Below are positions 1 through 10,193 of a stretch of 64,000 nt of DNA, piece by piece. Below the pieces are notes generated by a model that saw only the letters and a list, made by a program, of their open reading frames with translations, was not told the origin of the DNA and did no database searches. Position numbers and translations under genes: made by a program. The stretch's first letter is position 1, and every line of letters begins with the position of its first letter. The DNA comes from an uncultured virus (IMG/VR IMGVR_UViG_3300043438_001900). Lineage: Duplodnaviria; Heunggongvirae; Uroviricota; Caudoviricetes. Where the stretch lies: the IMG/VR virus record IMGVR_UViG_3300043438_001900; one strand, written 5' to 3'.

Positions 1-3000
1 AACCGAAACTATTTGGGTAAACATTTAGATTATTTCCAAAAAATTTCCTAGCAAAAAATAGATTAGATTGACCAATTACCCAATAACCCAACGTACCGTT
101 AATACCTCCGGCTGTTTGTACTGAACCCTCAATTAATCCTGTTAGGTTAAGAGAACCAGAACCTGACATTATAACGTCAGAACCAACCTCTAAAATTGTT
201 ACCACAAGACCTGATGTAGGTGTTGGAGTAGGTGTACTCGTAGGAGTTGGGGTACTTGTTGATGTTGGAGTAGGTGTATTTGTTTCCGTCGGAGTTGGTG
301 TTGGTGTCTCTGTCGCCGTAGGTGTTGGTGTAGGTGTTGGTGTTGGTGCACAATCAACTAATATTGATTTTACAACAATATTTGATAGGTTGTTTCTATC
401 TCTCGCAGCGACCCAATATGTTTTCGTGATGTTAGGTATTGGAAGACCGTAACCAACATAACCATTAGGATTCAAAACTGTTGACCATTGCGTTTCATTC
501 AATGCCTCCAATTCGGTATCATATAATCCATTACCTCTATCATAAAAACCTGAACCACCAGTGTAGTGATGTGTACTAACCGCACCGTCATCAACACAAG
601 TACCTGAAATTTCAAAATCTAAAGGACTTTCTGTTGGAGTTGGTGTACTTGTTGCGGTCGGTGTCGGTGTAGGAGTTGGGGTTTCCGTAGGGGTTGGAGT
701 TGGTGTAGGACAAATCCAAGTGGTTACTGAATCATTATAATTCTGTAAAACATCTGAAGATGAAATTGCACCATCCCATATTTCTAATCTACCAAATTTA
801 AGTGCGGAATATGTTCCATCATTTAAGTTTGTACTATCCGTTGCACCTATTGCATAATATAAACCATTACCACTTTGGTATGGTGCCTCTCTAACAACTG
901 TTGATGAACCAGCACTTTGACCATTTACATATGCGGTTAAAGTTGTGTTGTTGTATACAAATCCAATATAATACCAATTATTAAGGGGTGTTGATATTGA
1001 TGATGTTATTTCACTACCATATGGCCACACACTAAACTTCAATGTTCCATCAACTAACTCAATTTGTGAATCGTGCCAACCAATGTTTAAAACAGCACTA
1101 CCTTGTTCACTCAATATTACACCATTATCTGTTAAATAAACCCAAAGAAATATAGATGTATCTGTAGAATCATAAAGTGTATTAATTGAGGTGTTGGTTA
1201 AAATATATTGACTGGTACCGTTCAACACTATTGACGAAGTACATCCATCATTTTGATATGATGGTGAACCAATTATACTTGCATTTGTGTTACCCAAAAT
1301 GTCCGTAACCGTTGTTCCACTTCCAGAATATGATATTGAATCATTTATGTTTAAGTCAACAATTTTGTTATATGGTACCATTGTTGGTGTAGGAGTAGGT
1401 GTTGGTGTATTAGTTGGAGTTGGTGTACTTGTCTCCGTAGGTGTTGGTGTTGGGGTTTCCGTAGGGGTCGGAGTTGGGGTTATTGGACAGACCCCACAAT
1501 CAGTTCTATATGTTGCGATATTACTCCCATCCATATTAATGGTTTTATAATAACCATTATGGACAATTGTTCCCCAACCACTAAAACCAAATCCATCTCC
1601 ATTTGTTACAAAAACATTTGAATCACAGAACGTTGGCCCGTCACCCGTCACATAAAATCTTGGACATTCTCCCACAGGACAATTACAAGTTCCCTCAACA
1701 GAATCTTCTCCCAATGTTATTTCACCATAAAATACTGCTGGTGGTCTTAATACTGTATATTGAATATCGTTATTCGGTATTAATGTATAAGATAAATCGG
1801 TATTCGGTATTATTGTATATGTTACATCGTTATTGGGTAAGGTTATATAAAGAACATCGTTGTCTGGAATAAAAGTTGTTGAAAAATCACCTGAAGGAAT
1901 TAATGTATACGTTAAATCGTTATTCGGTATTAATGTGTAAATGAAATCTCCATTTGGAATAATATTATAAATAAAATCATTTTCAGGTATATAAGGAGTT
2001 ACTGTTGATGTTGGTGTTGGAGTTGGAGTTGAAGTTAAACACACAACATCAGTACAATCAGAAACCGTTGTTAATGTATCTAAATCATAATCGAATGTTG
2101 GACCTAAATCAAGACCAACAATTTCGTAACACACACTATTCCCAATACTATAAGTTATTCCAGCTAACCCACTTGTTAAACTTCTACCTATCTTATTGTG
2201 TGTTCGATTACAATCCCTTAGATAGTAATAATAGTAAACTACCGGAGTTTGTGTTGGTGTACTTGTAGGAGTTGGTGTTAATGTTGGAGTAATAGTTCCT
2301 GTTGGTGTACTTGTAGGAGTTGGTGTTATCTCCGAAAAAATTAATGCCAATGAAACATTATCGTTAAATTGTTCGGTACTATTAGTATTAATCACCAATG
2401 GAGTGTACTCAAAGAATGTTTTATTCAAATCATCAAAATTTTCGGGTAATGTTTGAGTGTATTGACCTATAAGGTCACCGGCATATATTGTAATAGAAAT
2501 TGGTATTTCTAAAATACTTTCGTCATTTAATTTTAAAGTGTTAGTGGTTGTTAAGGTAATATCATCCGCAATTACCCTATCTATGGTTGCATCGTAATGA
2601 CAAACAATTGAACCACTACCGATTACGCCACTAAATGTTAACACAACGGGTCCGACCGTTGTGGTCGATGTTGGCGTGGGAGTTGGAGTCGATGTTGGTG
2701 TTGGTGTTGGGAATAAAACCCCTATCACCTCATCGGGACAATCCGCAACACATTCAACGATATTGTAATATGGTTTAACATCCACTAAATAATGGTGCCT
2801 AACGTGAACAAAATCAAGAGGTTCTTCATAGTATCGTACTCTCTTAAAGTTAAAACATGAAATACCCATATTGTGAATTCCACCTGAATATTCCGTTCCT
2901 GACCCCCAAGATTGTATAAAAGGTTGAACACCTCTTGTTGATGGGATAATTTCCTCCCAATCTTTTATTTTATAAACAGGTCTACCATTTAGGTATATTT

Positions 3001-4084
3001 TTAAAACACCTAATCGTCTATTTCTCTCGTCGGCCCATTTTTTATTTAATAATTCAACGGTATTATGTACTGCAATTTGTGTTGATGTAACCGCAGTAAC
3101 TCCGGTATTTGGAACATATTCATTTACGATATGTTCAGGAATTAAGTCATTCCACCCACCGTCATTCTCAATATTACAATCCGTCAAATGACGATATCTG
3201 TCAAAAGTTATTGTGATTTCAAAATCTTCAGATGTTCCATCAATACAAAGTTGAGGGGTTTGTCCCGATGCGATGTAATAACTTTGACCATAAACACCAT
3301 CATCCGAACACGCTCCCGAATAGTGAACTGCTCTCCATTGAATTCTTCTATCATCGGTAAATGAAAATGAAAGATTATTATCGGCATAGTCAGAAATACT
3401 ACTATCTCCTCTTGTACCTAAATAATAAAATACTTTACCCACAGACCACGGTAATTCTTCCCTATTGAATACAAAATCCAAAGTCCAACCCTTTTCAGTT
3501 CTTCTTTGAATAATTGGATTACAGTCATTTCCCGAGGCGGCACCGTGATTGGTTTGATACGCCCATGGTTTTGCGTTTGATGGTGAATCTACTGGACAAC
3601 AATGGTCTTCCTCCCATAATCTTGGAATACACGCAATTGGTGCACCGACAGTTAATCCTGTGACATTTAAAGAAAATGGATTGGAAAGTGGAGAATTGTA
3701 ACTATATGTTCTAAAATAATGGGTAATACCACTAACATCCACGAATTCATATACGTCATTTTGTAAAATTGTGTCAGAATTACCTAAACGATTAGTGAAG
3801 TCAGAATATGAAAGGGTCCATGTATATGCAGAATATGGGTATGTGGGGTCATTAATTCTATTATCGTACTCGACAATAGTAATCCTATCTCGGGAACATA
3901 ATGTACCCATAAGACCCGTAGTATTTATCTTCAAAGAGGAATAAACGATTGGTGTGGTAAGGTCAAGAACCTCGGTATTGTAATCTACCTCAGTTTTACC
4001 CACCTCATAATCGTGAAATTCCGATGTATCGAGTTTCAAATCAAATTTGCTACCCCAAAATTTTAGTATATTCTGACTATTCAT
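1..4084 (-). CDS. Large virion fibre/adhesin-like protein with PT linkers and a LamG-like domain (runs off left edge)
   Basis: Manual minus-strand translation from ATG at 4084 (MNSQNILKFWGSKFDL...) stays open to position 1. Several (TP)n linkers separate beta-rich domains, including a LamG-like WYYIGFVYNNTTLTAYVNG...LEIWDGAISSSDVLQNY. Missing from the ORF track because no stop lies in the window. Confidence 0.8.
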   Translation of the reverse strand, partial: MNSQNILKFWGSKFDLKLDTSEFHDYEVGKTEVDYNTEVLDLTTPIVYSSLKINTTGLMGTLCSRDRITIVEYDNRINDPTYPYSAYTWTLSYSDFTNRLGNSDTILQNDVYEFVDVSGITHYFRTYSYNSPLSNPFSLNVTGLTVGAPIACIPRLWEEDHCCPVDSPSNAKPWAYQTNHGAASGNDCNPIIQRRTEKGWTLDFVFNREELPWSVGKVFYYLGTRGDSSISDYADNNLSFSFTDDRRIQWRAVHYSGACSDDGVYGQSYYIASGQTPQLCIDGTSEDFEITITFDRYRHLTDCNIENDGGWNDLIPEHIVNEYVPNTGVTAVTSTQIAVHNTVELLNKKWADERNRRLGVLKIYLNGRPVYKIKDWEEIIPSTRGVQPFIQSWGSGTEYSGGIHNMGISCFNFKRVRYYEEPLDFVHVRHHYLVDVKPYYNIVECVADCPDEVIGVLFPTPTPTSTPTPTPTSTTTVGPVVLTFSGVIGSGSIVCHYDATIDRVIADDITLTTTNTLKLNDESILEIPISITIYAGDLIGQYTQTLPENFDDLNKTFFEYTPLVINTNSTEQFNDNVSLALIFSEITPTPTSTPTGTITPTLTPTPTSTPTQTPVVYYYYYLRDCNRTHNKIGRSLTSGLAGITYSIGNSVCYEIVGLDLGPTFDYDLDTLTTVSDCTDVVCLTSTPTPTPTSTVTPYIPENDFIYNIIPNGDFIYTLIPNNDLTYTLIPSGDFSTTFIPDNDVLYITLPNNDVTYTIIPNTDLSYTLIPNNDIQYTVLRPPAVFYGEITLGEDSVEGTCNCPVGECPRFYVTGDGPTFCDSNVFVTNGDGFGFSGWGTIVHNGYYKTINMDGSNIATYRTDCGVCPITPTPTPTETPTPTPTETSTPTPTNTPTPTPTPTMVPYNKIVDLNINDSISYSGSGTTVTDILGNTNASIIGSPSYQNDGCTSSIVLNGTSQYILTNTSINTLYDSTDTSIFLWVYLTDNGVILSEQGSAVLNIGWHDSQIELVDGTLKFSVWPYGSEITSSISTPLNNWYYIGFVYNNTTLTAYVNGQSAGSSTVVREAPYQSGNGLYYAIGATDSTNLNDGTYSALKFGRLEIWDGAISSSDVLQNYNDSVTTWICPTPTPTPTETPTPTPTPTATSTPTPTESPLDFEISGTCVDDGAVSTHHYTGGSGFYDRGNGLYDTELEALNETQWSTVLNPNGYVGYGLPIPNITKTYWVAARDRNNLSNIVVKSILVDCAPTPTPTPTPTATETPTPTPTETNTPTPTSTSTPTPTSTPTPTPTSGLVVTILEVGSDVIMSGSGSLNLTGLIEGSVQTAGGINGTLGYWVIGQSNLFFARKFFGNNLNVYPNSFG
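1760..1995 (-). repeat. About 8 copies of a 30-bp/10-aa coding repeat (IPxNDxxYTx)
   Basis: Translation: IPENDFIYII IPNGDFIYTL IPNNDLTYTL IPSGDFSTTF IPDNDVLYIT LPNNDVTYTI IPNTDLSYTL IPNNDIQYTV. Confidence 0.85.
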
Positions 4085-4139
4085 GTTATTGATAAATATC
4101 TTTCCCTTCTTTTGATATTTATATAAGAAACAATATTAA

Positions 4140-4889
4140 ATGGATAAATACGTAAAAAATATTATTGAAGAGAAATTTACATCAAAATCACAGCAAAGAT
4201 TCTTCTTCGCAAAGGCCGGAGATAAGGATTTATCGAAGAAAGAAAGGAAGAAGTGGGGTAAGTTGGCTAAGGAATTTTCTGATGATACCAATTATGATAA
4301 ACTTCCTGATAGTGTTGAAACTGACGTTGAAGAAATTGTTGATGTAAATGGTAACATTGCTAGAAGTAAAGTTCCCCTAACAAGAGCATCAAAAGGTTCA
4401 ACACATAAAACTAGTGATGAGGTTGTTAAGGCATCGTCAGGACAGATGGGTAATCATGGTCTTGGTAGAAGTGCACTTACATCTTTAAGATATTGGGCGG
4501 AATCTGATATGAGCGACGCTTTGGGATATGATAAGACTCTTGGTGATGATGCAACATATGATGAAGCATTTGAACATTTTACAAAAAAATTAGGGTTAGG
4601 TGACGAAGAGTCCAAAGAAAGACTAGAAGCACTTGGATACATTCCGGGAGAAAAAGATTTAGTTAGACTTGTTGAGAACCCAAAAAAATATATTTCCGAT
4701 TACGTTGAAAGTGTTTTATCAAAAAAATCTTCTTCCGAAGATTTAATCACTAAAGACCAAACCGAAGATGTGGATAAAGAAATCGGTCCAATTATTAAAA
4801 AACAAATAAAATCTTTAAAAAATACATTAGTTAAGAACAATCTTTCAATTAAAGATGTACTTAAATTATTAAACAAGGACGATGAATAA
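4140..4889 (+). CDS. Hypothetical protein (possible virion-internal)
   Basis: 249-aa ORF; TATTTAT motif upstream. Confidence 0.6.
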   Translation: MDKYVKNIIEEKFTSKSQQRFFFAKAGDKDLSKKERKKWGKLAKEFSDDTNYDKLPDSVETDVEEIVDVNGNIARSKVPLTRASKGSTHKTSDEVVKASSGQMGNHGLGRSALTSLRYWAESDMSDALGYDKTLGDDATYDEAFEHFTKKLGLGDEESKERLEALGYIPGEKDLVRLVENPKKYISDYVESVLSKKSSSEDLITKDQTEDVDKEIGPIIKKQIKSLKNTLVKNNLSIKDVLKLLNKDDE

Positions 4890-5379
4890 AGATTTAAAGG
4901 GTAGACAGTTTGATATCCCACAGGATATCTTGGATAAGATAAACCACACAATCACAGGTTTAAATGGTGGGAATGTGCGTGGAATCCAAAGAGCAAAAAA
5001 ACTTTTACAAGACAAATCCGTAAAATACGGTCAGCTCAAAAGAATTATCTACGATATAAAAAACATGGATAAGGTGAATGAAAAAACAAAATATGAGTTG
5101 TGTGGTGGGGAACTAATGGAAAAATGGGCAATGACACACTTACAAGGTGAAAGAGACTTAATAAGTAATGTTAAACAAGCAAGAAAAAGAGCAGATGAGA
5201 TAGGTGGTTTAACAGGACAAAGAAAAAACAGTCACTTAAAGTCACACAGTAAAAATTTTAGTTTTAAAATTCCAACCAATTTGATAAAAAGTAATTCACA
5301 TAAAACAAGTATATCGCCAATCACATCTTTGGGTTTGTTTGAAGAACTTGAAAAAATAAAAAAATTAATTACATACTAA
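4882..5379 (+). CDS. Hypothetical protein
   Basis: 165-aa ORF overlapping the previous stop. Confidence 0.6.
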   Translation: MNKDLKGRQFDIPQDILDKINHTITGLNGGNVRGIQRAKKLLQDKSVKYGQLKRIIYDIKNMDKVNEKTKYELCGGELMEKWAMTHLQGERDLISNVKQARKRADEIGGLTGQRKNSHLKSHSKNFSFKIPTNLIKSNSHKTSISPITSLGLFEELEKIKKLITY

Positions 5380-5380
5380 T

Positions 5381-6043
5381 ATGCCTACTCAATTAGAAAT
5401 TATTGCCAACAAAGAACGTGTTGAGCACTTAGCAAGAAATGAATACAATTACGGTGACTTGTATGGTTCAAGTAACACAGGAGCATTATCTGATGGTGAT
5501 GAAAGAGGTAAGGGTGAACTAAACGGTCAAATCGGTTCTAAAACAGATATCTTAGAAAGACAATCGTTAGTTGCTAAAAATATTTACAATCCAGCATTTT
5601 CATATGACTCTAATAACCCTAACGCATTGTCAGATGGTGACAATAAAGGTAAAGGTGAAAATGGAGGAAGTATTGGTGGTTTAATTGACATTAATGAAAG
5701 AGCCACGTTATTAGCAAAAAACATTTATAATACAGGTTTTGAATATGACTCCAATAACCCTAACGCATTATCTAACGGTGATGAGAAGGGTAAAGGTGAA
5801 GATTCCGGTAATATTGGTGGTTTAACCGACATCAATACAAGAGTTTCATTGTTGGCTAAAAATATTTATAATGGTGGATTTGAATATTCATCAGTAAACC
5901 CTAATGCTATTTCTGATGGCGACGATAAAGGTCGTGGTGAAAACGCTGGTGGAAGTGTTGGTACAAATAAAGATATAAACGAAAGAATTGTCTTAAAGGC
6001 AAAAAACAAATACGGAGAAACTAAAACATATCCAGATTTTTAA
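5381..6043 (+). CDS. Repeat protein with four ~47-aa units
   Basis: Repeated KNIYNxxFxYxSxNPNALSDGDxKGKGExxGxIGxxxDINER. Confidence 0.75.
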   Translation: MPTQLEIIANKERVEHLARNEYNYGDLYGSSNTGALSDGDERGKGELNGQIGSKTDILERQSLVAKNIYNPAFSYDSNNPNALSDGDNKGKGENGGSIGGLIDINERATLLAKNIYNTGFEYDSNNPNALSNGDEKGKGEDSGNIGGLTDINTRVSLLAKNIYNGGFEYSSVNPNAISDGDDKGRGENAGGSVGTNKDINERIVLKAKNKYGETKTYPDF

Positions 6044-6906
6044 TGAGAAATTTTGAAGACATAGTAATTGATATTTTAATGGAGGCAGCGCCTAAAGGTT
6101 CTATTAGAGCCAGGTTAAAGTCTGCCATTGAAAATCGTTACCCTGTTTCATTTTATTATAACGGACCAAAGGGTGAGGTTTTACCGGGAAGAAGAATTAA
6201 GGCGGAGATGGTCGCTATGGGGTTAACAAAAAAAGGTAATCTTGTTGTTAGAGCATGGGTACAACCACCATCAACCTCCAAAAAGGGGTTTGAAGAACAC
6301 GGATGGAGACTTTTTAATTTAAAAAGAATGTCAGGTATTCAAATCTATGAAGATGAGACGTTTGACACTAAAAGACCCGATTATAATCCTGACGGTGACC
6401 GTAGTTTAACCACAATTGACGCTAAGAGTAATTGGGGAACAACCACACCTACTAAGGTTGAACCTAAACCTACTGAAGTTCCAACAATAGAAAAACCAAT
6501 ACCAACAGTTGAACCTAAACCACAACCCGAACCAACAACACCCGAATTACCACAACCAAAGAGTGATGAGAGACCTTCACCGGTCCCAACACCTGAAGTT
6601 AAAAGAGATGTTGAGGTTTTTAACGATTTAAAAACAAAAGTAACCGATGTTGAGGGTCAGAAACTAATATCTCCTGATGATTTTAAAAATTCGATAGATA
6701 TTCTTTATAAAAAGAAATTAGAGGATTGGAAAGAATTACAAAACCAAGCGGGTGGTAATACAACTGCAGGTGAGGGTACAAGAAGAAGACTCGAGAAAGA
6801 CTCGGAATCTGATTTGTATCAATTGATGAAAAATGACAAAATTGTTGTTGGTCAAACACAATTACAAGAATCTATAAAAAGAATGAAGACTTTAATCTTC
6901 TTCTAA
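6043..6906 (+). CDS. WYL-domain-like protein with Pro-rich linker
   Basis: VSFYY...RRIKAEMVAMG...VVRAW...GWRLFNLKRMSGIQI resembles the WYL pattern. Confidence 0.6.
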   Translation: MRNFEDIVIDILMEAAPKGSIRARLKSAIENRYPVSFYYNGPKGEVLPGRRIKAEMVAMGLTKKGNLVVRAWVQPPSTSKKGFEEHGWRLFNLKRMSGIQIYEDETFDTKRPDYNPDGDRSLTTIDAKSNWGTTTPTKVEPKPTEVPTIEKPIPTVEPKPQPEPTTPELPQPKSDERPSPVPTPEVKRDVEVFNDLKTKVTDVEGQKLISPDDFKNSIDILYKKKLEDWKELQNQAGGNTTAGEGTRRRLEKDSESDLYQLMKNDKIVVGQTQLQESIKRMKTLIFF

Positions 6907-6936
6907 AAATACTTATACTTAAAAAAAAGAAATATC

Positions 6937-7491
6937 ATGTCAGGAAAAGGAGTAATATCAGAAAATGGATTGATGCAAAAATTGGTACAAGCCAAAAAAG
7001 TGATGAACAAAGTTGATGGTGGAAACTTTGAAAGAGGTAACGTTAACGAAGAAATGTTAAGGTCAATGCCAGAAGAATTGGATGTTAACGAAATACAACA
7101 ACCAAGAACAAGCCAAGTAAACCAAGCCAAAATTATGGAATCTAAATTACCTGAAGCGATTAAAAGAGCAATGATTGAAAATCACATCCCACAAATTAGT
7201 TTAAATGATTCATTAGATTTTGATTTTGTAAAAAATACTAAAAAATTAATGGAAGCCGAAGGAGTTTCAACAAAATCCAAAAGTTCACCATCAAACAACA
7301 AATCAACTTCGAACATTGACATGAACGAAATTGCCATTCTAATTGAAAATACTGTCCGTAAGGTTATGGACGAGAAATTAAATCAACTTCTAACCGCACA
7401 ACAAACACTATCAATCAATGAAAATTTAGTTTTGAAGGTTGGGGATTCTATATTCAAAGGTAAAATTACAGGTGTAAATAAATCCAAATAA
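6937..7491 (+). CDS. Hypothetical protein
   Basis: 184-aa ORF in the operon. Confidence 0.6.
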   Translation: MSGKGVISENGLMQKLVQAKKVMNKVDGGNFERGNVNEEMLRSMPEELDVNEIQQPRTSQVNQAKIMESKLPEAIKRAMIENHIPQISLNDSLDFDFVKNTKKLMEAEGVSTKSKSSPSNNKSTSNIDMNEIAILIENTVRKVMDEKLNQLLTAQQTLSINENLVLKVGDSIFKGKITGVNKSK

Positions 7492-7545
7492 GGTTTGTTT
7501 TTCTCGATTTTTTTCTGTATCATTTAGACATACAAGTTTTATTTG

Positions 7546-8763
7546 ATGTCAAAAATTAGAATATTAGCAATACCACCAGACGCTCATGGTGTCGGTAAGT
7601 ACCGAATCTTAGACCCGTTTAAATATATTGGGGATAATCATGCTGAGGATTTCCACGTGGATATTGCGATGAATCCCACCGATGACGATAATTTCTTCAA
7701 AAATTACGACATTGTTGTGTTTCACAGTTTTATCCATCAAACCACTCACGAAAACAATCTTGAAAGAATTAAGAAATTAAAATCCATGGGGATTAAAGTC
7801 ATTATGGATATTGATGACTTTTGGTCTGTTGACCATAGACACCCTATGTATCACCAAATTAAGGCAAACGAAATCCCAAGAAAAAAGGTTGAATTAATGA
7901 GGTCTTCTGATTGGGTTACATGTACAACGGAGGTGTTTGCTAACACAATCAAAACAAGATTGGGGATAAAGAACGTTATCGTTTTCCCAAATGCGGTTAA
8001 TCCCGAAGAACCACAATTTAAATCAAATCCAACGGAATCTGAAATGATTCGTTTTGGTTGGTTAGGGGGTTCAAGTCACTTTCACGACATTGAATTAATG
8101 TCAAGCGGAATCTCAAGTACGTTGAACAACTATAAAAACACACAATTTGTATTGTGTGGATTTGACCTAAGAGGAAACGTAACCGAAATGAACCCAAAGA
8201 CGGGTGAAAAACGAGTTAGACCAATCCAACCAACAGAGACCGTTTGGTACAGATATGAAAAAATATTCACTGACCATTATAAATCGGTTGATGAAGACTA
8301 TAAAAACCACCTAATGACGTTTAATGAAGTTGAATATGATGACTCCACAAAACGTTATAAAAGGGTTTGGACTCAACCTGTTGGAAAATATGCAATGAAT
8401 TACAATTCATTTGACGTATCTTTAGCACCGTTAGTTCCAAGTGAATTTAACGCAAACAAATCACAACTTAAAGCAATTGAAGCGGGTTTTCATAAGAAGG
8501 CCCTGATTGCGAGTGAAACACTTCCCTATACAATTGATTTGGTACACGCACTTAACGAAGGTAAATTCACCGACAAGGGTAACGCATTACTAGTTTCCCC
8601 AAGTAAGAACCACAAACAATGGGCTCAAAATATGAAGAAATTAATCGAGAACCCAAACATGATTGAGGATTTGGGTAATAGACTTTACGAAACAGTTAAA
8701 GACAAATATTCACTCGTGAATGTATCAATAAACAGAACACAATTTTTCAAATCAATAATCTAA
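7546..8763 (+). CDS. Glycosyltransferase, GT-B/GT4-like
   Basis: DIDD, FPNAV, GWLGGSSHFHD, DVSLAPL...FNANKSQLKAIEAG motifs. Confidence 0.85.
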   Translation: MSKIRILAIPPDAHGVGKYRILDPFKYIGDNHAEDFHVDIAMNPTDDDNFFKNYDIVVFHSFIHQTTHENNLERIKKLKSMGIKVIMDIDDFWSVDHRHPMYHQIKANEIPRKKVELMRSSDWVTCTTEVFANTIKTRLGIKNVIVFPNAVNPEEPQFKSNPTESEMIRFGWLGGSSHFHDIELMSSGISSTLNNYKNTQFVLCGFDLRGNVTEMNPKTGEKRVRPIQPTETVWYRYEKIFTDHYKSVDEDYKNHLMTFNEVEYDDSTKRYKRVWTQPVGKYAMNYNSFDVSLAPLVPSEFNANKSQLKAIEAGFHKKALIASETLPYTIDLVHALNEGKFTDKGNALLVSPSKNHKQWAQNMKKLIENPNMIEDLGNRLYETVKDKYSLVNVSINRTQFFKSII

Positions 8764-8776
8764 AAACAAAAAAAAC

Positions 8777-9007
8777 ATGCATTATTTAGTAACAGTAGGT
8801 TACGAGTTGGAGCAACTCGACCGCAACGGAAACCCAAGACTTCAAAAAGTGAAATACATTGTTGAAGCAGAATCAGTAGAAGAGGCAACAATTGTTGTTT
8901 CAAAATACAAAGCAGGAGATATGCGTTCAAGTGAAAGTTTATCAATCGCTAAAATGACAATTGAGTGTATCATCGACAAAAACAACACACCCGAATACTA
9001 CAAGTAA
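8777..9007 (+). CDS. Small protein, DUF4494-like
   Basis: KVKYIVEAESVEEA resembles Bacteroidota DUF4494 (recognised from memory). Confidence 0.45.
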   Translation: MHYLVTVGYELEQLDRNGNPRLQKVKYIVEAESVEEATIVVSKYKAGDMRSSESLSIAKMTIECIIDKNNTPEYYK

Positions 9008-9028
9008 TCACCTTTTAATAAAAACAAC

Positions 9029-9601
9029 ATGTTGACTATTGAGCAATTAGAATCCAATAAGAAAAAATTTCAGGAAACAAACCTCAAATATGGTATTTTT
9101 ACCGAAGAACTTCAAAACTTTTTAGGTGATGATTTTTATACCGCACCAGCAACAACCACATTAGATATGTACGGTTGTTATCCGGGTGGTCTGTTAAGTC
9201 ATTGTATTAAGGCATGTAAGTACGCAGTTAAAACAAATGAGATGTTACCTGAAAACATGAGAGTAGATGTAAATTCAATTCTTAAAACTGTTTTCATTTC
9301 TCAAATAGGTAAAGTGTTCTTGTTTTGTTTAAACCAAAATGAATGGCAAAAAAAGACACTTGGTAAAATGTACGATTTTACTGAGGATATGGTTTCCCTT
9401 CGTGTTGGTGAGAGGTCAGTACATTATGCAACAAAACATGGTGTTGTACTAACTGAGGAAGAGTTTCAAGCAATTTTAAATTCAGATAAAGAACCCGATG
9501 ATAAAATGGCAAAATATCGTTCAACCACTCTTTCTCATGTAATAAAAATAGGGTTTGAACTATCAATTTTGGAAGAAAAAAATGGAAAAAAATCAAATTA
9601 A
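9029..9601 (+). CDS. HD-domain-like protein, metal ligands apparently degenerate
   Basis: FYTAPA...YPGGLLSH present, but the HD dyad position reads SQIGKV. Confidence 0.5.
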   Translation: MLTIEQLESNKKKFQETNLKYGIFTEELQNFLGDDFYTAPATTTLDMYGCYPGGLLSHCIKACKYAVKTNEMLPENMRVDVNSILKTVFISQIGKVFLFCLNQNEWQKKTLGKMYDFTEDMVSLRVGERSVHYATKHGVVLTEEEFQAILNSDKEPDDKMAKYRSTTLSHVIKIGFELSILEEKNGKKSN

Positions 9602-10169
9602 CGATTACATCGCCAAATTAAAAGAGATGGAAAAAGAGTTGTCTTCGGATGAACCCGGAGACCTCTCTATCTTTGGTGAATTAGATGGTTTATTATCATC
9701 ATTAAATAAAGATGTTCAAAACGCGGTTATGGCTGATGTAAATCAACTAAAAGTGAACATCAAAAAATTACACCCAAATACAGTAATTCCATCATATTCA
9801 AAAGATGGAGATGCTGGAATGGATTTAGTTAGTACTGAAATTATTTCTGAAACACTAAACCAAATAACCTATGGTACAGGAATTGCATTAGAAATTCCAA
9901 AAGGATATGTTGGTTTAGTTTTCCCTCGTTCATCAATTAGAAAATACGAATTAGAATTAACTAATTCTGTTGGTGTAATTGATAGTGGTTACCGAGGTGA
10001 AATACAGGTAACCTTTAATAAAGTACATAACCGTTTAGAGGTTTACAAAGTTGGTGATAGAATTGCTCAGATAATGGTTATACCATACCCTAAGGTAGTT
10101 TTCAGTGAAGTTAATGACTTATCTTCAACTGATAGAGGTGAAGGTGGATTCGGTTCAACTGGAGCATAA
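9582..10169 (+). CDS. dut: dUTPase (trimeric) with N-terminal extension
   Basis: DAGMDL, PRSS, GVIDSGYRGEI, RIAQ, RGEGGFGSTG motifs. Confidence 0.95.
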   Translation: MEKNQINDYIAKLKEMEKELSSDEPGDLSIFGELDGLLSSLNKDVQNAVMADVNQLKVNIKKLHPNTVIPSYSKDGDAGMDLVSTEIISETLNQITYGTGIALEIPKGYVGLVFPRSSIRKYELELTNSVGVIDSGYRGEIQVTFNKVHNRLEVYKVGDRIAQIMVIPYPKVVFSEVNDLSSTDRGEGGFGSTGA

Positions 10170-10193
10170 AAATATAATTTAAAATATAGATAA

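Noticed and set aside
1287..2268. Plus-strand ORFs 1287..1550, 1603..1872, 2005..2268
   Set aside because: Shadows of the long minus-strand gene.
215..2710. GTTGGTGTAGGA-type repeats as a CRISPR array or satellite
   Set aside because: They encode (TP)n linkers of the minus-strand protein; no constant repeat with unique spacers.
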